Below are positions 1 to 7,290 of a DNA stretch of 64,000 nt, piece after piece (positions within the stretch are counted from its first letter, which is position 1; each line of letters opens with the position of its first letter). Both the position numbers and the translations under genes were made by a program. The notes beneath the pieces are model-generated. The model was given only the letters and a program-made list of their open reading frames with translations. It did no database searches and was not told the origin of the DNA. This DNA comes from an uncultured Lentimicrobiaceae bacterium (GTDB lineage Bacteria > Bacteroidota > Bacteroidia > Bacteroidales > CAZZLL01), in assembly GCA_964654725.1 (NCBI GenBank), contig CAZZLL010000006.1, forward strand, positions 4,641 to 68,640, written 5' to 3'.

Positions 1-188
1 GTATTACTCTATTGGCATGGTCTATACATTTGACTTATTTATCTCTCCCAGAATATACAGTTCCCGTTCCAGTGGGCATTATAATCCCCATACTGATAAA
101 ACCCTGAAAAAATATCAACAGACACAGAATAAACGCAAATTGCTGATAGATCCTTTCAAAAAAACCAGGAAGAAAAGGAATTATTTGT

Positions 189-620
189 TTAAGCGGAAGA
201 AGAAGCTTCATTAAAAAAAGCCACCCCCAATCTATACGATTCCATCCCAAACCCACTTATCATGCCCTTGCAATAAGGTGCGATGACCGAGTTGCTCCGA
301 AACGCTTCCCGTTGAAAAATATGGCTGATATGGACTTCCACAACAGGAATATCTATAGCCGCAATGGCGTCAGCAATGGCTAAAGATGTGTGGGTGTAAG
401 CACCGGCATTTAACAAAATACCATCATAAAGGCCATCTGCTTCCTGAATCTTCCTGATAATATCCCCTTCGGAATTGGATTGGCAATACTCAATATTCAT
501 TTCAGGAAAATCCTTCCGAAGTTTTTTTAGGTAATCCTCAAAAGGAACATTCCCATATATATTCTTTTGTCTTTTCCCGGTCAGGTTCAGGTTGGGGCCG
601 TTTATGATGATGATTTTCAT
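189..620 (-). CDS. aroQ: Type II 3-dehydroquinate dehydratase
   Basis: 143 aa. N-terminus is MKIIIINGPNLNLTGKR..IYG. HISHIFQREAFR and GFG..SY motifs are typical of type II DHQase. Confidence 0.9.
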   Translation of the reverse strand: MKIIIINGPNLNLTGKRQKNIYGNVPFEDYLKKLRKDFPEMNIEYCQSNSEGDIIRKIQEADGLYDGILLNAGAYTHTSLAIADAIAAIDIPVVEVHISHIFQREAFRSNSVIAPYCKGMISGFGMESYRLGVAFFNEASSSA

Positions 621-824
621 AATCCGAATATTTTTATATCTTCACTAAATTATGATTTTATTTTGACTTAGTGAAATGCATCTATACAGATAGCAAATTT
701 ATGCAACTTCCAATTTCGTTATTGTTGACCACACGGCATGTAAGGTATGTGATCTGGTCGGGCATACTCTGAAGCATCATTTCCGGCCAGCATTTCTTCT
801 TTATCAAAAAAAGTGCTACATTTG

Positions 825-955
825 TAATTCACAAATAGGGGTGCCCAGTCATTTTTTCTACATGCTGGAAAATGATGTAATTCACGGGCTGAGATCAAAC
901 CCATTGAACCTGATCCGGGTAGTGCCGGCGAAGGGAGGGATATAAACTTTGAATG
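825..955 (+). promoter_or_regulatory. TPP (THI-box) riboswitch in the leader of the downstream TonB-dependent receptor
   Basis: Read directly: GGGGTGCCC (837-846), a variable stem, GGGCTGAGA (886-894), ACCC, then GAACCTGATCCGGGTAGTGCCGGCGAAGGGA (905-935). This matches the conserved core seen in E. coli thiM (GGGGUGCCC..GGCUGAGA..ACCC..ACCUGAUCUGGAUAAUGCCAGCGUAGGGAA). A possible P1 pairs ATTCA-AA (about 826) with TTTGAAT (948-954). The outer boundaries are approximate. Confidence 0.8.
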
Positions 956-1007
956 AATGGTGTTTCCCTATTTCCCATTCGAAGTTTAATGTTATAAAAC
1001 ACACACG

Positions 1008-3383
1008 ATGAAAAGAATTGTTTTTATGGCTGTTTTGGCAATCCTGCCGTTTTTCTTAGGTGCACAATTTAATATCAGTGGAAATGTCAGGGATGCAGAA
1101 AGCGGGGAGGCGCTCAGCGGAGCACATGTTATTATTGATGGCGCTTATTCACGGGCGATTTCCGGCCCTGAAGGAAGTTTCAAGATTAGCGGTCTTAAAA
1201 AAGGAAATTATTTACTTAAGATTAGCTTTGTTGGATATGAAGAGGCGAAAAAAGAAGTACAGCTTGAGAACGATGTTTCGCTGGATGTTGAATTAAACCC
1301 ATCTGCCCTGACTTCTGAAACCGTTTTTATTAATGCTTCCCGTGCTGATGAACAAAGCCCGCTCACATTCACAAATTTGAATATGGAGGCTATTGAAGAA
1401 TTGAATTCCGTGGAAGATATGCCATATATCATGGAGTTTACTCCCTCTGTGGTGACTTCTTCGGATGCAGGTGCGGGAGTGGGCTATTCTTCTATACGCA
1501 TCCGGGGAACCGACCTTACCCGCATCAACGTTACCATAAACGGCATCCCCTATAATGATCCCGAATCACATGCCGTATATTGGGTAGACCTGCCTGATTT
1601 CGCTTCTTCCGTTCAAAACCTGCAGATTCAAAGAGGTGTTGGTACGTCATCCAACGGGGCAGCCGCATTTGGAGCTTCCATCAATATACAAACTACCAAC
1701 GCTAGTCCGGAGCCTTATGCAGAGCTTCATTCAGGTGTTGGCTCATTTAATACCTTCCGGAATACCCTGAAATTTGGAACAGGGATTCTGAAAAATAAAT
1801 GGGCTGTTGATGCACGCCTTTCTCATATTAAATCTGAAGGCTACATCGATAGGGCTTTTGCAGATCTGCAGTCATTCTTCCTTACAGCTACCCATTATGG
1901 TAAAAAAAGTGTGCTGATGTTCAATGTTTTCGGAGGAAAAGAAAAAACATACCAGGCCTGGTACGGAGTACCTTCAGAACTGCTGCAGACGAACAGGACT
2001 TATAATCCCTATACATACGAAAATCAAACAGATAATTACCTGCAAAACCATTACCAGCTATTGTATTCAAAAACGCTGACAGATGATCTGATGTTCAATT
2101 TATCTGGCTTTTTAATCACCGGAATAGGGTATTATGAATCTTACGATGATGGAGCTGCCTTTACAACATACGGACTGGATGAGTTTATTCTTGTGGATCA
2201 GGATACCGTTTATAATAGCGATGTTATTCAGCAAAAGTGGCTGGATAATATTTTCTATGGACTGAATTATTCACTGGAATACAAATATAAACGCGGTAAA
2301 GCTATACTGGGAGGAGGATGGAATAACTATGAAGGAGATCATTTCGGTGAAGTAATATGGATGCAATATAATGCCGGGAATACGGAAAATCATTTTCAAT
2401 GGTATGAAAATACAGGAGAGAAAAACGATTTTAATATATTCCTGAAATCCGACTATTTTATCACAGAGAAAGTGAAATTCTTTGCGGATGTGCAATTCAG
2501 GAGAATAGATTTTTCTATGGATGGCTTACATGATGATTTCAGGGATTTGACTCAGGAACATGAATTTAATTTTGTGAATCCCAAAACAGGGCTGTATTTT
2601 ATGCCCAATGACCGCCATCATTTTTATGTTAGTTTTGCCCGTTCAAACCGGGAGCCCAGCCGGAATAATTACAGAGATGCTGATAACAATTACCAGCCGA
2701 AGGCAGAAAAACTTAATGATTTTGAGTTGGGATATACGCTGCGCAGAAAAAAATCCTTAATAAACCTGAATGTGTTTTATATGGATTACAAAGATCAGCT
2801 GATACTTACAGGTGAGATCAATAATGTGGGCATGCCCATCATGACCAATGTGGATAAAAGCTATCGTATGGGCATTGAATTGTCAGGAAATGTGGATATG
2901 ACCGATTGGTTGCAATGGAAACTAAATTATGCATTCAGTACCAATAAAATTATGGAATTTACTGAATATGTTGATGACTGGGATGCCTGGATACAGAAAG
3001 AACATAACCTGGGAACGGTGGATATGGCGTTTTCACCCGATCATATATTTTCCAGCATAATTGGGTTTGATTTAAACAAGAATTTTAGTTTTCAAATATT
3101 GTCAAAGTATGTGAGCAGTCAATTTATTGATAACACATCCAGCGAAACCCGCAGCCTGGATCCATATTTAGTGAACGATGCCAGATTGGTTTATAAATTT
3201 GTATGTAAGAAAAATACCTCCGGCAGGGTGTATGTTAAGCTGAATAATCTCCTGGATGAAGATTATGAAACAAACGCCTGGGTGTACCGCTATATCTATG
3301 AAGGAGCTTATCAAACAATGGATGGATATTTTCCACAGGCAGGAATGAATATTTTTACCGGGATCATTTTGACTTTTCAATAA
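1008..3383 (+). CDS. TonB-dependent outer-membrane receptor (CarboxypepD_reg + plug + barrel), probably a thiamine or thiamine-precursor transporter
   Basis: 791 aa. Signal peptide is MKRIVFMAVLAILPFFLGAQ. N-terminal FNISGNVRDAESGEALSGAHV resembles the CarboxypepD_reg fold. Plug motifs IRIRGTDLTRINVTINGIPYND are present, followed by a long beta-rich C-terminus. It lies directly downstream of the TPP riboswitch. Confidence 0.88.
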   Translation: MKRIVFMAVLAILPFFLGAQFNISGNVRDAESGEALSGAHVIIDGAYSRAISGPEGSFKISGLKKGNYLLKISFVGYEEAKKEVQLENDVSLDVELNPSALTSETVFINASRADEQSPLTFTNLNMEAIEELNSVEDMPYIMEFTPSVVTSSDAGAGVGYSSIRIRGTDLTRINVTINGIPYNDPESHAVYWVDLPDFASSVQNLQIQRGVGTSSNGAAAFGASINIQTTNASPEPYAELHSGVGSFNTFRNTLKFGTGILKNKWAVDARLSHIKSEGYIDRAFADLQSFFLTATHYGKKSVLMFNVFGGKEKTYQAWYGVPSELLQTNRTYNPYTYENQTDNYLQNHYQLLYSKTLTDDLMFNLSGFLITGIGYYESYDDGAAFTTYGLDEFILVDQDTVYNSDVIQQKWLDNIFYGLNYSLEYKYKRGKAILGGGWNNYEGDHFGEVIWMQYNAGNTENHFQWYENTGEKNDFNIFLKSDYFITEKVKFFADVQFRRIDFSMDGLHDDFRDLTQEHEFNFVNPKTGLYFMPNDRHHFYVSFARSNREPSRNNYRDADNNYQPKAEKLNDFELGYTLRRKKSLINLNVFYMDYKDQLILTGEINNVGMPIMTNVDKSYRMGIELSGNVDMTDWLQWKLNYAFSTNKIMEFTEYVDDWDAWIQKEHNLGTVDMAFSPDHIFSSIIGFDLNKNFSFQILSKYVSSQFIDNTSSETRSLDPYLVNDARLVYKFVCKKNTSGRVYVKLNNLLDEDYETNAWVYRYIYEGAYQTMDGYFPQAGMNIFTGIILTFQ

Positions 3384-3471
3384 AACTTTCGTAAATTTGA
3401 CGTAGCCAGAGTCTTAGAAACCAGGCTTCCTTGAATCCATTGTATAATCTCTAATACCGTAGGCCGCCATC

Positions 3472-3930
3472 ATGAAACAAAAACTTGTTGCTGTTGCACT
3501 TATTATAGCAGTAGTTATTTTAGGTTCTTTTATTTTTAAGAAAAATGACTCAAATGAGATTATTACAAATAAAACTGCCGTAAAGTTTAATAAGCCAAAG
3601 GAAATTACGGCTTGTGAAGCAGCAGGAATGTTAAAGTCATTAAAAGCAGGAGATGAGGATTTTCTATTGATAGATGTCCGAACAATAAAAGAGTTCAATA
3701 TAAATCGGCTGAATATGTCTATCGTTATTGATTTTTATAACGATGCGTTTGAGTCAATGATCGGAAGTCTGAATAAAGATGGCAGGTATATTTTATATTG
3801 TGATAATGGAAAAAGATCAAAAATTGCCACAAATATGATGAGTGAGATGGGATTTAAAGAAGTATATAATTTGCAGGGAGGGATTGAATTATGGCAAAAT
3901 CTGGGATACCCTGTCATTCACATTGAATAA
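3472..3930 (+). CDS. Rhodanese-like domain protein (membrane-anchored or secreted)
   Basis: 152 aa with an N-terminal hydrophobic helix. LLIDVRT..EF is followed by the active-site loop YCDNGKRS, then GGIELW. Confidence 0.8.
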   Translation: MKQKLVAVALIIAVVILGSFIFKKNDSNEIITNKTAVKFNKPKEITACEAAGMLKSLKAGDEDFLLIDVRTIKEFNINRLNMSIVIDFYNDAFESMIGSLNKDGRYILYCDNGKRSKIATNMMSEMGFKEVYNLQGGIELWQNLGYPVIHIE

Positions 3931-3933
3931 AAC

Positions 3934-4377
3934 ATGAGTGTTTCCAGGGAGATAAAGAACAAGAAAGCAGCCTATCAGTATTTTTTGTCGGAGGAATTTA
4001 TAGCAGGTATCCTACTTACAGGTACGGAAATAAAATCTATACGCGCCGGAAAAGCTAACCTGGCAGATTCATATTGTTATTTCAGGAAGGGGGAGTTGTT
4101 TGTCCGCAATATGCATATTGCCGAATACAAGCTGGGAACGCATTACAACCATGAGGCGAAGCGCGAGCGCAAACTATTGCTAACAAAAAGGGAGCTGAAG
4201 AAGCTTGCAACTAAAACCAAGGAAAAAGGTTTTACCGTTATTCCTGTCGTGCTTTTTATCAATGAAAAAGGCCTGGCTAAGCTTACTATTGCACTGGCAA
4301 GGGGAAAGCATTTTTATGATAAGCGTGACAGCATCAAGGAAAAAGACATGAAGCGCGAACTGGAACGGAGGAAGTGA
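3934..4377 (+). CDS. smpB: SsrA-binding protein SmpB
   Basis: 147 aa. Contains [32 protein letters not shown] and a basic C-terminal tail. Confidence 0.92.
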   Translation: MSVSREIKNKKAAYQYFLSEEFIAGILLTGTEIKSIRAGKANLADSYCYFRKGELFVRNMHIAEYKLGTHYNHEAKRERKLLLTKRELKKLATKTKEKGFTVIPVVLFINEKGLAKLTIALARGKHFYDKRDSIKEKDMKRELERRK

Positions 4378-4485
4378 TTTCCTGATTGAATAGCACAATT
4401 ATTACACCCTTTCCTTTACAATGCATTCAAATGAATTCTCCCATACTCCTTCAGGAGGAAGGGCCGGGGTTGAGGTGTGATTCAT

Positions 4486-5115
4486 TCAATCGTCCAATTG
4501 CTCAATTTCTTCCTCCTCTTCTGCCTCCCACTCATATACCTCCCTTTGCGGGCCTTCTTTACGGTAATAAATGGCCAGGATGAAACCAGCCAACATCCCC
4601 ATAAAATGCGACTCCCAGGAAATGTTTTTCTGAGGGAAGAATTCAGGAAAAACTCCCCAGATTAAACTGCCATAAAGAAAAACTACCAGCATGGATATAG
4701 CCAATACCCTTTTCTCCCTGCGAAGGATCCCACTTAAGAATAAGAAAGTGGCCAGGGAATATACAAGACCGCTGGCACCGATGTGGATGTTTTCCCGTGC
4801 AAATACCCATACCCAAATGCCATGCATGACATAACTGAGAAAAAAAATTTTATAAGCAATCACCCGATAAAAATAATACAGAGCCCAGCTCAGAATAAAT
4901 ATGGGCAGGGAATTGGCAATCAGGTGCTGGAAATCACCATGCAACAACGGAGCAAAAAGGACCCCCTGTAAGCCATTCAAATGCAGGGGACGGATGCCAA
5001 GAAATGCCAGGTCTGTTTTAGATATAACCTCAAATATCTTTACCAGCCACAAAAGCATGGTAAATAAAAAAGGGAATACTAACGAGCTAAGAATAGTATT
5101 TCTGTCATTATTCAT
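4486..5115 (-). CDS. Rhomboid-family intramembrane serine protease
   Basis: 209 aa and polytopic. Has the GASG catalytic-Ser motif (HIGASGLVYSL), a downstream WESHFMGMLAG His helix, and an acidic C-terminal tail. Confidence 0.8.
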   Translation of the reverse strand: MNNDRNTILSSLVFPFLFTMLLWLVKIFEVISKTDLAFLGIRPLHLNGLQGVLFAPLLHGDFQHLIANSLPIFILSWALYYFYRVIAYKIFFLSYVMHGIWVWVFARENIHIGASGLVYSLATFLFLSGILRREKRVLAISMLVVFLYGSLIWGVFPEFFPQKNISWESHFMGMLAGFILAIYYRKEGPQREVYEWEAEEEEEIEQLDD

Positions 5116-5299
5116 ACGGACTTTAAAAGTATAATAAAATCAATTGGTATACAAGACAGGCTTGTTTCCTCCTTGAGAGGATATATAAATAAAAGATCAG
5201 ATTCAATTGGCAGATATGATAAAGAGTGGTCGGTGTTTAATTTTCATGAAATAAACAGGAGAATTTCTTAATTTCGCGGATAATAAAAAAAATCAGATT

Positions 5300-6241
5300 A
5301 TGAAAAAGTTAGCCGTTGTTGCTTTTGGTGGGAATGCTCTTCTCAGGGGCGATCAAAAAGGGACTATTGATGAACAGGAAAAAAATGCTTATGATACCTG
5401 TCTGAAATTATTGGTCCTGATCAATCGCTATAACCTGGTGCTCACCCATGGGAATGGCCCACAGGTGGGTAATATTTTATTGTCAAACACTGCCGGAAAT
5501 AAGCTGCATGGTTTACCTGAGATGCCATTGGATATATGCGTAGCTTATTCCCAGGGATTTATTGGATATGTTATTGAACAGCAGTTAAAGAATGTGCTGA
5601 AAGCCAATGATCTCGACAGGGACATTATTTCTATTATTACTGAAGTTCTTGTAAACAAAGATGATCCGGCTTTTCAGAACCCAACAAAACCTATTGGACC
5701 CTATTATACAAAAGAAGAAGCTGATAAAATTGCGAAGGAAACAAAATCTGTTTTTGCAAAAGACCCCAGAGGAAGGGGCTATCGTAAAGTTGTTGCTTCA
5801 CCCAGACCAATAAGCATTAGCAACCAGAAATCTATTGAACGGCTGGCACGTGATGGTCAGATTGTAATCTCAGTTGGTGGGGGGGGGATCCCTGCGTTTT
5901 ATGTTAAATCAAATAAATTACAGGGAATTGATGCAGTTATTGATAAAGACCTTGCATCTTCCCTTTTAGGTGTACAGGTTAGGGCAGATAAGTTTTTTAT
6001 CCTTACCGATGTACCAAAAGTATGCATCAATTTTAATACGCCCCAGGAAAAGAGCCTCGATAAGATAAATATTTCCAAGGCGAGACAGTATTTGGAAGAA
6101 GGGCATTTTGCCGAAGGAAGCATGGCACCGAAAATTCGGGCAGCTATCAATTTTGTTGAAAATACAGGGAACGATTGCATCATTACAGAGGCTTCGAAAC
6201 TTGGTATCGACGATGGCGGAACAAGAATAACAGTTATATAA
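5300..6241 (+). CDS. arcC: Carbamate kinase
   Basis: 313 aa. Contains VVAFGGNALL, THGNGPQVGNILL and VGGGGIP, which closely resemble enterococcal and clostridial ArcC. Confidence 0.9.
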   Translation: MKKLAVVAFGGNALLRGDQKGTIDEQEKNAYDTCLKLLVLINRYNLVLTHGNGPQVGNILLSNTAGNKLHGLPEMPLDICVAYSQGFIGYVIEQQLKNVLKANDLDRDIISIITEVLVNKDDPAFQNPTKPIGPYYTKEEADKIAKETKSVFAKDPRGRGYRKVVASPRPISISNQKSIERLARDGQIVISVGGGGIPAFYVKSNKLQGIDAVIDKDLASSLLGVQVRADKFFILTDVPKVCINFNTPQEKSLDKINISKARQYLEEGHFAEGSMAPKIRAAINFVENTGNDCIITEASKLGIDDGGTRITVI

Positions 6242-6262
6242 AAACATAAATCAGGAGGAAAT

Positions 6263-7264
6263 ATGGCTTTTAATTTGCGAAACAGAAGTTTTTTGAAATT
6301 ACTGGATTATAGTCCGAAGGAAATTCAATTCTTACTGGATCTGTCTTTTGATCTTAAAAAGGCAAAATATACCGGTACAGAGCAGCAAAAACTCAAAGGT
6401 AAAAATATTGCTTTGATCTTTGAGAAAGATTCTACCCGCACACGATGTGCCTTTGAGGTTGCTGCCTTCGACCAGGGAGCACATGTAACCTATCTGGGGC
6501 CATCCGGTTCCCAAATGGGCAAAAAAGAAAGTATTGCTGACACTGCAAGGGTTTTAGGACGAATGTATGATGGTATTGAATACCGTGGATTTGGCCAGGA
6601 AAAAGTGGAGGCCCTGGCGAAATATTCAGGTGTGCCGGTTTGGAATGGGCTCACCAATGAATTCCATCCCACACAGGTGCTAGCTGATTTTATGACCATG
6701 ATGGAACATTCCGACAAACCGTTGCATAATATGACACTATGTTATCTGGGTGATGCAAGAAACAATATGGGAAATTCTCTCATGGTTGGTTCTGCAAAAA
6801 TGGGGGTCGATTTTAGGGCTGCTGCGCCAAAGCAGTTTCTCCCTTCCGATGAATTGGTTAAACAATGCCGTGAAATTGCTAAAAAAACAGGTGCGCAAAT
6901 TACCGTTACAGATAACGTAGAAGAAGCCGTTAAAGGGGCAGATTTTCTGTATACCGATGTGTGGGTTTCTATGGGAGAGGCTGAAAGTGCCTGGAAAGAA
7001 CGTATCGAACTTATGAACCCCTATCAGGTAAATGTTGAACTGATGGCAAAGACCGGCAATCCACATACAAAGTTTATGCACTGCCTGCCGGCATTTCATA
7101 ACAGGGAAACAACTATAGGAGAGGAGATTTACCATAAGTTTGGCATGGAATCTATGGAGGTAACAGAAGATGTATTCGAATCACCGGCATCGGTTGTTTT
7201 TGATGAAGCTGAAAATCGCCTGCATACCATAAAAGCAGTAATGGTAGCTACCCTTGGAAGTTAA
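6263..7264 (+). CDS. argF: Ornithine carbamoyltransferase. Adjacency to arcC suggests a catabolic, ArcB-like role.
   Basis: 333 aa. [61 protein letters not shown] and FMHCLPAFH are near-identical to the E. coli ArgI/ArgF signature blocks. Confidence 0.92.
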   Translation: MAFNLRNRSFLKLLDYSPKEIQFLLDLSFDLKKAKYTGTEQQKLKGKNIALIFEKDSTRTRCAFEVAAFDQGAHVTYLGPSGSQMGKKESIADTARVLGRMYDGIEYRGFGQEKVEALAKYSGVPVWNGLTNEFHPTQVLADFMTMMEHSDKPLHNMTLCYLGDARNNMGNSLMVGSAKMGVDFRAAAPKQFLPSDELVKQCREIAKKTGAQITVTDNVEEAVKGADFLYTDVWVSMGEAESAWKERIELMNPYQVNVELMAKTGNPHTKFMHCLPAFHNRETTIGEEIYHKFGMESMEVTEDVFESPASVVFDEAENRLHTIKAVMVATLGS

Positions 7265-7290
7265 TCGTTCAGGATTTCCTGCAAATAATA

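Noticed and set aside
17-256. Two overlapping small ORFs (17-214 plus strand, 35-256 minus strand) at the left edge
   Set aside because: The plus ORF is lysine/arginine-rich junk typical of an AT-rich frame. The minus ORF overlaps the 3' end of aroQ, although a shorter form starting at MKLLLPL (211) looks like a possible small membrane peptide. I cannot support either from sequence alone.
719-904. 61-aa minus-strand ORF in the aroQ / TBDT intergenic region
   Set aside because: It overlaps the conserved core of the plus-strand TPP riboswitch (837-935). It has no signal or recognisable motif. It is most likely a chance ORF.
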